From: an archaeon | GTDB lineage: Archaea; Undinarchaeota; CAZHTU01; JBDRCC01 | Length of the DNA: 64,000 nucleotides | NCBI GenBank assembly: GCA_043822065.1 | Contig: JBDRCC010000022.1 | Location: 1 to 64,000 of the forward strand | Direction of reading: 5' to 3' | In this document: in pieces, positions 46,574 through 56,437 of the stretch | How the letters are laid out: every line of letters begins with the position of its first letter | How positions within the stretch are numbered: the stretch's first letter is position 1 | Notes under the pieces: generated by a model | Told to the model about the DNA's origin: nothing | The model's input: the letters and a program-made list of their open reading frames with translations, nothing else | The model's database searches: none | Program-made: the position numbers and the translations under genes

Positions 46574-47821
46574 TTGATTAGTATGGATAAGGGCGAACCG
46601 TCCTACTGGAGGGTCAGCGAGAGGATAAGCAGCGGCAGGGAGATGCTCAAGGAGGTCGCCATAGATGGGTACAACGACACCTTTGCGTTTATCCTCCCCA
46701 TGCACTTTTCTGCGGCGATATACCAACTCACGAGCGCGACTTCCCAGCTCATGAGCATTCTTGACCCGCGGTCCGATTTTTTCAAGACAACGAAGGACTC
46801 GTTCCAGAAGGCAGAAGGAAGGTATGTGGTATCGCAGTCACTTGGCAAGGGCATGCAGGGGCTGGAAACGCTCTACTGGGAAAGGGTAAACATCCGGGCT
46901 TACCTCGCAGAGGCGGAGCAGATACTCTCTGCAGAGCTCCTTGACATGGAAAGCGAGGAAGGGGAGGTTGAGAGCCTGGAGGGCATCCTCCGCAAGTTCC
47001 GGTCGTTCCCGGACGACCTGGAGCATATGCTAAGGGCGCTTAAAACTATAGGCAGGGATAGCGACGGCGCGGTAAGGGTTAAGGAGGATGTTGAAGAGAC
47101 GAAGGCGCTCGTCGAGGAGGCGAAAGCCATGCGAAAGCGCCTTGCCGATTTCTCAAAGGAGCAGGGGGAGGAGATTCGCCTGAAGAAAAATGAAGTTGCG
47201 AAAGAGCCTGCAAAGAAGAGGGTCGAGGTGCTGATAGCAGCGTTCCAGCAGCAGGCGGTTATGTTTGAGCTGTTTACCTGCCTCTGCGAGGTTCTGAATG
47301 GCTTTTTCACTGCAAACAGCGGAAAGAAGTCAAAATCTGAAAATAAGATTGAGGGATTCCATAAGAAGGCAGTCCGGATTGCAGAGGACATACTGAAAAA
47401 AAGCAGGGAGGACCTACAAAAGGACCAGGAAGCAAGTGTGCACCTTGTACTCAAAAAGCAGGCAGAAATCGTGGAGGAAATGGTTGAGCCGCTGTTCGAG
47501 ACCGCGGAGGAGCTCAACGCGCTTGCCGAGAGCTACAACTGGCAGAGGGTGCCGCCAAGGGACGAAAAAGAGGAAATGAAGTTCCGCGATGAATCCGTCA
47601 AGGAGATTAAAAAGCATCTCGATGCGATGGAAAAACTCAAAGAGAAGGTCAGCAAGCCGAAAGGCGATGACGAGTGGGCCCGCATGCACAGGAGATACAA
47701 GGCCCTGAGGGACATGTTCTGGGAGCTGACGTTCATAGTCTCCGCATTCTCGGACAAGTACAAGCCCCGTGAAAAGCCGCCGGACACTAGCCCGCTCAGA
47801 ATGTTCCGGAAAGGAGCTTAA
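46574..47821 (+). CDS. Hypothetical helical/coiled-coil protein
   Basis: 415-aa ORF with host-like codon style and E/K-rich helices. Confidence 0.7.
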   Translation: MISMDKGEPSYWRVSERISSGREMLKEVAIDGYNDTFAFILPMHFSAAIYQLTSATSQLMSILDPRSDFFKTTKDSFQKAEGRYVVSQSLGKGMQGLETLYWERVNIRAYLAEAEQILSAELLDMESEEGEVESLEGILRKFRSFPDDLEHMLRALKTIGRDSDGAVRVKEDVEETKALVEEAKAMRKRLADFSKEQGEEIRLKKNEVAKEPAKKRVEVLIAAFQQQAVMFELFTCLCEVLNGFFTANSGKKSKSENKIEGFHKKAVRIAEDILKKSREDLQKDQEASVHLVLKKQAEIVEEMVEPLFETAEELNALAESYNWQRVPPRDEKEEMKFRDESVKEIKKHLDAMEKLKEKVSKPKGDDEWARMHRRYKALRDMFWELTFIVSAFSDKYKPREKPPDTSPLRMFRKGA

Positions 47822-48161
47822 GCAGGTCGTTTTTTATTTTCTTCTTGTCTCCGGACTGGGGTATGCCGATTATCTTGATATCCCTGAGTTTTCCAGCCTT
47901 ATCGAGAACCTGCAAGTAAAATGAAAGGTCGAAGTCGTGGACGGTCGAGCTTGACGGCTTTTTTAGCTCGGCTACGGAAACCTCGCGGACCGTGTCAATG
48001 CCGGCAACCACATCCACGATTACAAAGCCCTCCTCCAAGTCAGAGTACTTCAGCACATCCTCCGGCGAGTCGCACATGACGGCGCCAGGGACGCCGGCAA
48101 GAAGCTCCTTGGCAAGGGAGTCTTCGGGGACGAATTCGTTGCCAAAGGCGAGTATTTTCAT
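47796..48161 (-). CDS. Hydrogenase maturation protease-like protein (short)
   Basis: GN....DS, IVD, S.HDF pattern; lies next to the hydrogenase operon. Confidence 0.7.
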   Translation of the reverse strand: MKILAFGNEFVPEDSLAKELLAGVPGAVMCDSPEDVLKYSDLEEGFVIVDVVAGIDTVREVSVAELKKPSSSTVHDFDLSFYLQVLDKAGKLRDIKIIGIPQSGDKKKIKNDLLKLLSGTF

Positions 48162-48258
48162 AATCTCAAAAAAAGGTCATAACTATTTAAATATTGTTAA
48201 TTCAGCTTAATGGCATACAAATACGATAGACGTATATACTCTTCAGGATTTCTCATGA

Positions 48259-48657
48259 TTGATGGTTAATAAAAGAGCCGCCGCCGGATTAAGCCTTTTA
48301 ATTGCAGTGCTTGTTGCCATATCCGGATGCATAGATATAGGAAAACCAGATATGCCTAAGGAGCCAAAATTCATGCCTGATGCTGCGTTTAATGTTTCAT
48401 GCGAAGCTGATTCGGACTGCACAATGGCTGGAGAACGGTTTTCTAAGGACCATTGCTGCGCAGGTTGCGGGCCCATTCCGGTAAATGTAAAGGCGGCTGA
48501 GATTAGAGAAAACTGGATATCAGATAATTGCGGGCCCATATACCATACCGCTTATTATTGCCCAGTGTATGAGTGTGTCCAGGTGGGGGTGCCAGGGGCA
48601 GCAATCAAAAAACTTATCTGCAAAGACAATTCTTGCACATTAGAAGAGACAGTTTAG
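48259..48657 (+). CDS. Cys-rich secreted lipoprotein-like protein
   Basis: Signal peptide with ISGC lipobox, CEADSDC...CCAGC and further Cys residues; lower GC. Confidence 0.7.
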   Translation: MMVNKRAAAGLSLLIAVLVAISGCIDIGKPDMPKEPKFMPDAAFNVSCEADSDCTMAGERFSKDHCCAGCGPIPVNVKAAEIRENWISDNCGPIYHTAYYCPVYECVQVGVPGAAIKKLICKDNSCTLEETV

Positions 48658-48694
48658 ACGGTGCATTCTTTAAAGAATCAAAGAAAGAGGTATA

Positions 48695-48767
48695 TAGCCC
48701 CGGGTGGGTTCGAACCACCGTCTCAGGCTCCAAAGGCCTAAATGCTTGACCACTACACCACGGGGCT
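48695..48767 (-). tRNA. tRNA-Gln (TTG)
   Basis: AGCCCCGTGGTGTAGTGGTCAAGCATTTAGGCCTTTGGAGCCTGAGACGGTGGTTCGAACCCACCCGGGGCTA: cloverleaf, anticodon TTG, A1-U72 as in archaeal tRNA-Gln, no intron, CCA not encoded. Confidence 0.95.
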
Positions 48768-48792
48768 ATGAGAAGTTATAGAGTTAGGGGGT

Positions 48793-49284
48793 TTAAAGAG
48801 GTTTCTTTTTGGTGGGCTGCAGGAGCTTCTTGTAGATATACATCCTGTGTTTGTATCCCTGGCCTTCTTTGAGTTTCCCTCTTTTGTAGAGCCTGAACCC
48901 CATTGCGCGGTAGAAAGCACGCGTTTTTGCATAAGGCTCATACTCGGGCGTACATTCACCAACAGTTTCTACGGTGACATATTCAACGCCTGCCTTTCTC
49001 AGTTCTCCTTCCAGCCTTTTGAAAAGCCGCTCACCTATGCCCTTCCCATGCATCGAGGAATGGACGCCTATCCACTCGAGCTCTGCCCCGCCACCCTTCG
49101 TGCGTATTGTAATGAATCCAACAAGCCTCTTGCCGCTTACGGCAACGAATGTCTTCTGAAAGCGGACGTCTAACGGAATGTTCAGGAGGGCATCCTTGTC
49201 AAACCAGTCGGGATGGAGGCTTTTGACTATCAGTTTTATCCCCTCTATATCAGCTGGTCTGTATTGCCGGATTTGTATTTTCAT
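48793..49284 (-). CDS. GNAT acetyltransferase
   Basis: LEWIGV....HGKGIG, TRAFYRAMGF. Start at ATG 49284. Confidence 0.88.
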   Translation of the reverse strand: MKIQIRQYRPADIEGIKLIVKSLHPDWFDKDALLNIPLDVRFQKTFVAVSGKRLVGFITIRTKGGGAELEWIGVHSSMHGKGIGERLFKRLEGELRKAGVEYVTVETVGECTPEYEPYAKTRAFYRAMGFRLYKRGKLKEGQGYKHRMYIYKKLLQPTKKKPL

Positions 49285-50465
49285 TTTAGGTTCAGGACTT
49301 TCCTCGCAGCCTCCCCGACTTGCTTTGTATTCTCCTTCGGGCAGAAGACCATTGCTTCCCAGTAGTCCCATTGCGCCTCTTCGAGGGTCCGTATTGAAGT
49401 CGACGCCTCGGACGCCTTGATTAGTTTTCCAGCTGACTTGACTGAAAGGTCCATGTCCCGCTGGCTGTAGAGCGGCTCAGGTATGTCGAGGATTGCATAG
49501 CCATCGATTATGCCTGCGGCCTCGCAGATTTCGCGCTCAAGCTTCGCTATCTCCTTCGGCTGTGCGCTTAAGCTGAGCAGGTATTCAGTAAGCAGAGGGC
49601 CTGCCTGCCGCTTGTTCACCTGGAAAGCTCGCTTGAAGAGATTCCTTGCCTCGACCCTGCGGAATATCTCTTTCGGGTAGCCGGCAGAGCCGCGAAGGGC
49701 TGAGGTTACCGTGATGTCGTCCATCAGGTAAAGGTCCGTGGGGCGTATGTGCCCGTCGAGAATCGCACGCTCTAAGGCGCGGACGAACATTGACTCGGCT
49801 ATCCTATTTGTGTGGTGCTCGTAGACCGAAGAATACATGAGGAACCTTGCGCGGAGGAGGGACTCTGCAGCCTGGACCCCGCCGGTCAGGACAAGCTTCC
49901 CGCGATGGAGCTTGATGGTCGAAAGCAGGCGTTCAAGGTCGATTACCCCGTAGGCTGCGCCGGTGTAGTATGAGTCCCTGACGAGATAGTCCATCCGGTC
50001 AACGTCCAGCTCGCCGTGGAGCAGCTCGGAATATTTTTCGCCCCCAGATATTAATCCAACTACCTTTTTTGGAGCAATCCCGCCTGCAGATAGTATCCCT
50101 TTAAGCTCCGACTTGAGTATCAGCTCCCTTGCTATCTCCTCGTGCCCTTTTTTCAGGAACCTTCGCATCATTCGCTCGCTTGTGTGCGAAAAGGGGCCGT
50201 GGCCGATGTCGTGGAGAAGCGCCGCCGCGCGGAGAAGCCTTATGCTTGAAGCTGGAAGCCGCAGGTTCCGTGCAAGCTTTCCGGCGAGGTGGCAAACTCC
50301 AAGGGAGTGCTCGAAACGGGTGTGGTTTGCGCCCGGGTAAACAAGATAAGCAAGGCCAAGCTGGCGGATATTCCTCAGCCGCTGGACGTAAGGCGAGTCG
50401 ATGAGCTGGACTTCAAGCTTTGTCAGGGCAATGTTTCCATGTATTGCGTCCCTGATGTCGTGCAT
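49281..50465 (-). CDS. HD-domain phosphohydrolase (dNTPase/SAMHD1-like)
   Basis: IRDAIHG, QRLR.IRQLG, HTRFEHSLG, LLHDIGHGPFSH, DVDRMDYL.RD. Start at ATG 50465. Confidence 0.92.
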   Translation of the reverse strand: MHDIRDAIHGNIALTKLEVQLIDSPYVQRLRNIRQLGLAYLVYPGANHTRFEHSLGVCHLAGKLARNLRLPASSIRLLRAAALLHDIGHGPFSHTSERMMRRFLKKGHEEIARELILKSELKGILSAGGIAPKKVVGLISGGEKYSELLHGELDVDRMDYLVRDSYYTGAAYGVIDLERLLSTIKLHRGKLVLTGGVQAAESLLRARFLMYSSVYEHHTNRIAESMFVRALERAILDGHIRPTDLYLMDDITVTSALRGSAGYPKEIFRRVEARNLFKRAFQVNKRQAGPLLTEYLLSLSAQPKEIAKLEREICEAAGIIDGYAILDIPEPLYSQRDMDLSVKSAGKLIKASEASTSIRTLEEAQWDYWEAMVFCPKENTKQVGEAARKVLNLK

Positions 50466-50499
50466 GGATTTTTTAAGGAGTGCGCCATTAATAAAGGGT

Positions 50500-51393
50500 A
50501 TGCTGGTGCCGGAGTGGTATTCGAAAAGGTGCATGGAATTGGTGCCTGACGCAGAGGAATACCTCAGGTCACTTGAAAAGCCATTGCCCCAAAGCATAAG
50601 GGCCACCGCAAGGATATCTCCTGAGGCGCTCAAAGGCAGGATGGAGGCGAAGGGATTCATCCTAGAGGCAGTTCCGCACCTTGAACGGGCATTCATAGTC
50701 AGGAAAGCCCCTTTCAGCCTCGGCTCGACGCCAGAGTATCTGCTAGGCTATTATTACATACAGTCCATCGCACCCCAGATGCCTGTCGGGGCCATGCCAC
50801 GGGGAAAAATCGGGATAGACCTTTGTGCAGCACCCGGCGGGAAGAGTGTCCAGCTTTCTGAAAAGGTTGACGTGCTAATCTCTATAGACATTGACAGCAC
50901 GCGGATTAAGTCGCTCAGGTCAAACCTCGCACGCTGTGGGGTTGAGAATGCGATACTTCTCAGGATGGACGGGAACAAAATTTCGGAGCTGGGGATAACC
51001 GCAGACCGCATTCTTGTCGACGCCCCCTGCTCTGGAGAGGGGGTAATACGCTCGCACCCGGAAAGGCTAAGCACCCTCCAGGAAGGCGATTTCGCAAAGT
51101 ACGGCGAGCGCCAGAAGGAGCTCCTTAAGTCGGCGGCGGCTGTACTTGAGAAGGGCGGAACGCTCGTATATTCTGTCTGCTCGCTCAGTCCTGAGGAATG
51201 CGAGATGATTGCCGAGTACGCAATAACCGAGCTTGGCCTGAAAATCGTTGGCACGGAAACCAGCTTTGGCGAGAAGGGGATGACTGAGGCATTTGGCAAA
51301 AAGCTGAACACTGAAGTTGAAAAAGCAGTCAGGGTCTGGCCGCACAAAAGCGATACGGAGGGATTTTTCATTGCAAAGTTCAATAAGGTTTGA
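50500..51393 (+). CDS. RsmB/NOP2-family RNA m5C methyltransferase
   Basis: DLCAAPGGKS, LVDAPCSGEG, YSVCSL..EE, EGFFIA. Confidence 0.92.
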   Translation: MLVPEWYSKRCMELVPDAEEYLRSLEKPLPQSIRATARISPEALKGRMEAKGFILEAVPHLERAFIVRKAPFSLGSTPEYLLGYYYIQSIAPQMPVGAMPRGKIGIDLCAAPGGKSVQLSEKVDVLISIDIDSTRIKSLRSNLARCGVENAILLRMDGNKISELGITADRILVDAPCSGEGVIRSHPERLSTLQEGDFAKYGERQKELLKSAAAVLEKGGTLVYSVCSLSPEECEMIAEYAITELGLKIVGTETSFGEKGMTEAFGKKLNTEVEKAVRVWPHKSDTEGFFIAKFNKV

Positions 51394-51841
51394 GGAGGCA
51401 ACTGAGGATGAGGAAAAGTGGCTGCGCGAGCAGCTAAGGATGAAGCACTTCGGGACTTTGTTTCTTGAAGGCAAGAAGATAATTATCGCGAAGGGCAGGT
51501 GGAATGAGATTTATGCCGTAGACGAGAAGCTTTATGCAGTCTACAAGAGGATGAGGCGGCAGCCGTATTCGCTCGGCCTGCAAATAGGCGAGGGCAAGCG
51601 GGAGCTGAAGCCTGCGCTGCCGATTGCCAAGTACTGCAGGAACAAGATGAGCATAAGAAGCAGCCAGGAGAACCACATAACGTACGGCGGCGACCCCGCC
51701 CAAGAGGTCAAAGGCGTGCTTGACGGGGACTTTGTTGTCATGGTAAATGGCAGGGATGAGCCGCTCGGGTATGGAAAAGTCCAGCGCAACAGAGTCAAGA
51801 ACATAAAGGATATCGGCTGGTATCTGAGAGAAGGGGGGTAA
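51317..51841 (+). CDS. Nip7-like PUA-domain ribosome biogenesis protein (start uncertain)
   Basis: PYSLGL.IG, TYG.D, C-terminal DIGWYLREGG; follows the NOP2-like gene. Confidence 0.75.
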   Translation: MKKQSGSGRTKAIRRDFSLQSSIRFEEATEDEEKWLREQLRMKHFGTLFLEGKKIIIAKGRWNEIYAVDEKLYAVYKRMRRQPYSLGLQIGEGKRELKPALPIAKYCRNKMSIRSSQENHITYGGDPAQEVKGVLDGDFVVMVNGRDEPLGYGKVQRNRVKNIKDIGWYLREGG

Positions 51842-51842
51842 A

Positions 51843-52082
51843 TTAAACCTTGATTGTAGTGTGAAGCCGTACAACTTTTACGCCAGACATTTTTTCTAAT
51901 CTTTCACAGATTTGTGTAATCTCTTTTGGGGAATCAGCGCCAATCTTCAGTATCCAATCATATTCGCCAAAGAGGGGGTGGTATTCGAGTATGCCAAGCT
52001 CTTTGGACCTGTCATCAAGTTGTTTTTTAACAGCCATGCGTTTGCCGTCCTCTGCAGTAATAAAAAGGAATGCCAGCGCCAT
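51843..52082 (-). CDS. Lrp/AsnC ligand-binding-domain-only protein
   Basis: LFGEYDWILKI motif, no HTH. Confidence 0.8.
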   Translation of the reverse strand: MALAFLFITAEDGKRMAVKKQLDDRSKELGILEYHPLFGEYDWILKIGADSPKEITQICERLEKMSGVKVVRLHTTIKV

Positions 52083-52141
52083 GGAGGATTATTGTAAAGA
52101 CTATTATTAAATGTTTTCTATGAAAAACCATTAAATGGCAG

Positions 52142-52384
52142 CTAACGCTCTTTGCCAGTCAGGAGCTTTACTTCCAAAACGCCGCCTAAGCCGCGAACTT
52201 TTTCATATACCTTGCCGAGGTCAGCTATGGTTTGAGTTTCTACCTGCAGGAGAAAATCGTGTACTCCAGTAAGGGGGTATATCCGTACTATCCCTAATTT
52301 GCTAGACATCCCGTCTAACCGCTTGTACACCGCATGGTTGCTGAGCTGGTTTTCTGTTTCGACTAACAGGAACGAGGTTATCAT
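52142..52384 (-). CDS. Lrp/AsnC ligand-binding-domain-only protein (tandem paralog)
   Basis: LTGVHDFLLQV motif; collinear with the neighbour. Confidence 0.8.
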   Translation of the reverse strand: MITSFLLVETENQLSNHAVYKRLDGMSSKLGIVRIYPLTGVHDFLLQVETQTIADLGKVYEKVRGLGGVLEVKLLTGKER

Positions 52385-52461
52385 ATATTAGGATTCTCAG
52401 AATAAGTATTAAATGCGTTCTATAGAAAAACCATTTAAAGGGCGGCGGTTAATTACTGCGC

Positions 52462-53169
52462 ATGGCAGACAAAGTACAGAAAGGGGATTTTGTAAAAATA
52501 GATTATGTCGGCAGGATAAAGGCGACGAACAGGATTTTCGACCTGACCGATGAGGCTCTCGCCAAGAAGGAGAACATTTACGACAAAGAGCAGGAGTACA
52601 AGCCTAAGACGGTTGTTGTTGGTGCGCGTCACATAATCCACGGGCTTGACGAAAAGATTGACGGGCTGGAGATTGGGAAAAAGGTGACTATAGACGTCGC
52701 CCCATCTAACGGCTTTGGCTCGCGAAACCCTGAGTTCATCAAAGTGTTTCCGGTGAACCGGTTCAAGGACCAGAAGGTCCCTCTGGTGCCTGGCGCCCCG
52801 GTGCAGATTGGCGGCATACCGGGCACCATCTCGTCTGTCTCCGGCGGAAGGGTCAGGGTTGACTTCAACCACCCGCTCGCAGGCAGGGAGCTAGCTTATG
52901 AGATAACGGTCGTAGGGAAAATCACCGACAAAAAGGAAAAGGTAAACGGCCTGCTTGACCTGCATTACGGCGCTGGCAATTTTGGGATAAATTTCGAGGG
53001 GAAAAACCTTGAGATAACTATTCCAGACGATGTTAAGCAGGAGTGGATGCGGGCGAAGAGTTCCGTAATAAGCGACGCGCTTGAGTACCTTGGGGTAGAA
53101 AAAGTAAGGCTAATTGAGGAGTTCCAGAGGAGAAAGGAGCCCTCGAAAAAAGAGAGCCAGAAGAAGTAG
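52462..53169 (+). CDS. FKBP-type peptidyl-prolyl isomerase (long archaeal type)
   Basis: GDFVKIDYVGR...FDLT, VDFNHPLAG. Confidence 0.93.
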   Translation: MADKVQKGDFVKIDYVGRIKATNRIFDLTDEALAKKENIYDKEQEYKPKTVVVGARHIIHGLDEKIDGLEIGKKVTIDVAPSNGFGSRNPEFIKVFPVNRFKDQKVPLVPGAPVQIGGIPGTISSVSGGRVRVDFNHPLAGRELAYEITVVGKITDKKEKVNGLLDLHYGAGNFGINFEGKNLEITIPDDVKQEWMRAKSSVISDALEYLGVEKVRLIEEFQRRKEPSKKESQKK

Positions 53170-53274
53170 ATTTGCCTCCCAAAAGAAAAGCATAAAAGGA
53201 AGGAAACCCTTAAATATGTGGCAAATCTAAGAAGTTTGCTATTTACGATTGCCTACTGTTAGGGAGGAATTAAA

Positions 53275-54399
53275 GTGGAAACCATAATCAAAACAGCCGT
53301 GAAGAAAAGTGAAGGGCCAACGCCGATAAAAGTCGCGAGGGGCTCTTCGAGGGAAGACAAGAGTCTTGAAGACCTTTTGATGAGCCACCGGACAAGAATA
53401 AGGGTAATCGGCGCTGGCGGTGCCGGAAACAACACCCTTTCCCGGCTTATGGAAGTTGGAATAAAGGGCACGGAAGCCATTGCGGTCAACACAGACGCGC
53501 AGGACCTTCTCTACACACGCGCTGACAAGAAGATTCTCATTGGAAAGGAGACCACTGAAGGCCTCGGCGCAGGCTCTGACCCTAAAGTTGGAGAAGCTGC
53601 CGCGAAGGAGACTGAGAGTGAAATAAAGGCTGCACTTGCCGGCTCGGACATGGTATTCCTCACATGCGGTCTCGGCGGGGGAACTGGCACAGGTGCAATC
53701 CCGGTAATTGCTGAAATCGCAAAGAAATCTGGCGCACTCACCATAGCAGTAGTAACACTCCCATTCACAGTAGAAGGCATGATGCGGTGGGAAAACGCCA
53801 GGAACGGCCTCGAGAGGCTGCGCAAGGTAGCGGACACGGTGATTCTGATACCAAACGACAAGCTGCTTGAGCTCGTGCCGGAGCTTCCGCTGAACGCGGC
53901 GTTCAAGGTCGCGGACGAAATACTCGTCAACGCCGTAAAGGGCATTGCTGAGCTCGTCACGGAGGAGGGCCTCGTCAACCTCGACTTCGCCGACATAAAG
54001 GCGATAATGAAGGACGGCGGGACTGCAATGATAGGGCTCGGAGAGTCCGACACCGAGAACAGGGCAATTGACTCTGTCGAGAAGGCACTGCTCAACCCGC
54101 TGCTCGATGTTGACATCAACGGCGCGAAGGGCGCCCTGATAAACATAACGGGCGGAGCTGATATGTCGCTAAAAGACGCGAGAATTGTCATGGAGACAAT
54201 CTCAGAGAAGCTCGACCCGGCCGCAAGGGTAATATGGGGCGCAAGAATCGACAAGGAGCTCCAGAACCTGATGCGTGTAATGCTGATTGTTACCGGCCTC
54301 AGGCCCCAGGCGCAGATTATTCCTGGCGGCATGCCGATTTCAATAGGGGAGAAGAGAACAGCAATGGAGGAAGAATACGGAATAGATTTCGTAGTCTAG
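53275..54399 (+). CDS. ftsZ: Cell division protein FtsZ
   Basis: GAGGAGNN, GLGGGTGTG, NLDFAD. Confidence 0.97.
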   Translation: METIIKTAVKKSEGPTPIKVARGSSREDKSLEDLLMSHRTRIRVIGAGGAGNNTLSRLMEVGIKGTEAIAVNTDAQDLLYTRADKKILIGKETTEGLGAGSDPKVGEAAAKETESEIKAALAGSDMVFLTCGLGGGTGTGAIPVIAEIAKKSGALTIAVVTLPFTVEGMMRWENARNGLERLRKVADTVILIPNDKLLELVPELPLNAAFKVADEILVNAVKGIAELVTEEGLVNLDFADIKAIMKDGGTAMIGLGESDTENRAIDSVEKALLNPLLDVDINGAKGALINITGGADMSLKDARIVMETISEKLDPAARVIWGARIDKELQNLMRVMLIVTGLRPQAQIIPGGMPISIGEKRTAMEEEYGIDFVV

Positions 54400-54403
54400 C
54401 CCC

Positions 54404-54571
54404 ATGCCCCTGAAAGAATATCTTGACTACAAGGAATACAAGAGGGTATTGCAGATAACGCGCAAGCCTGACATGAATGAGTCAAAGATAATCATAAAGG
54501 CGACGAGCGTGGGGATGATGGTAATCGGGGCAATCGGCTTCGTCATTGCTATTATTGCTACAGTACTATGA
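54404..54571 (+). CDS. secE: Protein translocase SecE/Sec61 gamma
   Basis: Not in the track. MPLKEYLDYKEYKRVLQITRKPD...GMMVIGAIGFVI; conserved ftsZ-secE-spt5 order. Confidence 0.9.
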   Translation: MPLKEYLDYKEYKRVLQITRKPDMNESKIIIKATSVGMMVIGAIGFVIAIIATVL

Positions 54572-55323
54572 GTGAACAGGAAAACCAGGATAACTCGGCG
54601 GCAGGCGGAACTGTCGCAGAAGAGACTGAAGAGAAGTTCGAGGCTAATGTCAAGAAGGTCAACAAGGAGATTGAAGAGGTCACCGAAGAGCTTGAGGAGA
54701 TGAGCCAGCAAGTCGAAAAGCTTGAGCTCCCGAAGTTAAAGGAATCGGAGACGCTGTGGGACGTCAAAAAAGCTGAAGTGCCCCCTGCGCCGAAGGGCGC
54801 ACAGGACGAGGAGCCGGAACCGGCCAAGGAAGCCCCGACGGACAGCCGCCTTTACGCTATAAGGACTACGGTCGGCAAGGAAGGCACAGTAGCCGACTTC
54901 ATAAGCAACAGGGTAAAACAGGAAAAGCTTGTAGTCAGGTCAGTCATAGCCCCTGCCGCGCTCAAGGGATACGTAATACTCGAGTCCCCTGACAAGGGCG
55001 AAGTGAGCAAGGCGGTCCTGAACATACAGCACGTACGCGGCCTTATTGCGGGCGAGGTCCAGTTCGACGAAATAATCCACTACCTTGAGGCGAAAGCGGC
55101 CAAGGAGATACCTGAAAAGGCGCTTGTCGAGCTCATAAGCGGCCCGTTCAAGGGCGAAAAGGCAAAGGTTGTTAGGGTCGACAAGTCAAAGGACTCGATA
55201 ACTGTCGAGCTCATAGAGGCGACAGTCCCAATACCGCTGACTGTAAAAATGGACGCAGTAAGGGTCCTTGCTGCGAGCACTGACGTTCTTGAAGATAAGA
55301 AGCTGATAGCGCAGGAGGAATAG
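54568..55323 (+). CDS. spt5: Transcription elongation factor Spt5 with acidic N-terminal extension
   Basis: YAIRTTVGKE, KGYVILE, KOW motif ELISGPFKGEKAKV. Confidence 0.93.
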   Translation: MSEQENQDNSAAGGTVAEETEEKFEANVKKVNKEIEEVTEELEEMSQQVEKLELPKLKESETLWDVKKAEVPPAPKGAQDEEPEPAKEAPTDSRLYAIRTTVGKEGTVADFISNRVKQEKLVVRSVIAPAALKGYVILESPDKGEVSKAVLNIQHVRGLIAGEVQFDEIIHYLEAKAAKEIPEKALVELISGPFKGEKAKVVRVDKSKDSITVELIEATVPIPLTVKMDAVRVLAASTDVLEDKKLIAQEE

Positions 55324-55803
55324 ATGAAGAAACAGACAGTCGATGTTATGGTTGAGGGCGGCAAGGCATCCGCCGGAGCCACGATGGGCTCTGCCCTCGG
55401 GCCGCTTGGGGTTAACATCGGGCAGATAATCGCAAAGATAAACGAGAAGACCAAGGAATTTTCCGGGATGAAGGTCCCCGTAAAGATAATAGTCGACCCA
55501 AAGACGAAGGAGTTCGACATAGAGGTCGGAACGCCGCCAACGTCTGCGCTCATAACAAAGGAGCTTAACATCCAGAAGGGCGCCGGAGACCAGAAGATGA
55601 TAGTCGGCAACCTGAAGTTCGAAAGCGCGGTAAAGATAGCCAAAATGAAGGGCGATTCGCTCTCGGGCAAAACTCTCGCTAAGAAGGTCAAAGAGATAAT
55701 AGGGACCTGCAAGAGCATGGGCGTCACAGTCGAAGGCAAAGACCCAACGCAGGTGCAGCATGAGATTGATTCCGGCGACTACAATTCAAAGCTCTCTGCC
55801 TGA
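55324..55803 (+). CDS. rpl11: 50S ribosomal protein L11
   Basis: VEGGKA...LGPLGVN, VGTPP, GTCKSMG. Confidence 0.96.
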   Translation: MKKQTVDVMVEGGKASAGATMGSALGPLGVNIGQIIAKINEKTKEFSGMKVPVKIIVDPKTKEFDIEVGTPPTSALITKELNIQKGAGDQKMIVGNLKFESAVKIAKMKGDSLSGKTLAKKVKEIIGTCKSMGVTVEGKDPTQVQHEIDSGDYNSKLSA

Positions 55804-55845
55804 GAAATATTTATAAACACCATTTCCCACAGTCTTATAGGGAAT

Positions 55846-56385
55846 ATGCACTGGCACAGGGAATTCGCAATCGGGCTGTATTTTATCGGAGTAATGGTAG
55901 GCATAGCCGGGGGCTTTCTCCTGTGGGGCAATGACTCCGTGCAGGCAATGGAGTACAAGGTTGCCCCGCTGGCAGTATTGCCGGAGTACGCACTCCAGGC
56001 AGAGGACCAGCCAGCAGGCGAGGCTTTTGAGAAGTCGTGGTCATATTACATGCCGGAAAAAACCAAGTGCCATAACAACGGTGATGGGACGTCAAGGTGC
56101 GACGTTTACTTCAGCATAGAAAGCAAGCGGCTTTACTCCCAGGACACCTCAGAGTGCTGCAACAGCATGTACCCGACCATAAAGACTGGCGACGGCGTCC
56201 TGATGGTTGACGCCGCTGGGCAGGAGCTGCGGGCTGGCATGATAGTCGTCCACGACGGCATCCGCCACAGGATTATTTCGATAGACGGGGATATGGTAAC
56301 GACCAAAGGGGACAATAATGACTACCCTGACGAGCCAGTCCACATCTCCCAAATAGAAGCAATAGTCGTCGGCATCCTCGAGTAA
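55846..56385 (+). CDS. S26 signal-peptidase-like membrane-anchored protein
   Basis: N-terminal TM, SMYPT...GD, HRI, TKGDNN..PD. Confidence 0.75.
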   Translation: MHWHREFAIGLYFIGVMVGIAGGFLLWGNDSVQAMEYKVAPLAVLPEYALQAEDQPAGEAFEKSWSYYMPEKTKCHNNGDGTSRCDVYFSIESKRLYSQDTSECCNSMYPTIKTGDGVLMVDAAGQELRAGMIVVHDGIRHRIISIDGDMVTTKGDNNDYPDEPVHISQIEAIVVGILE

Positions 56386-56437
56386 AAGAAACCAGCGGAT
56401 AGAAAATTGTTTTAAGCTTCTTGACATTCAGTTCAGC

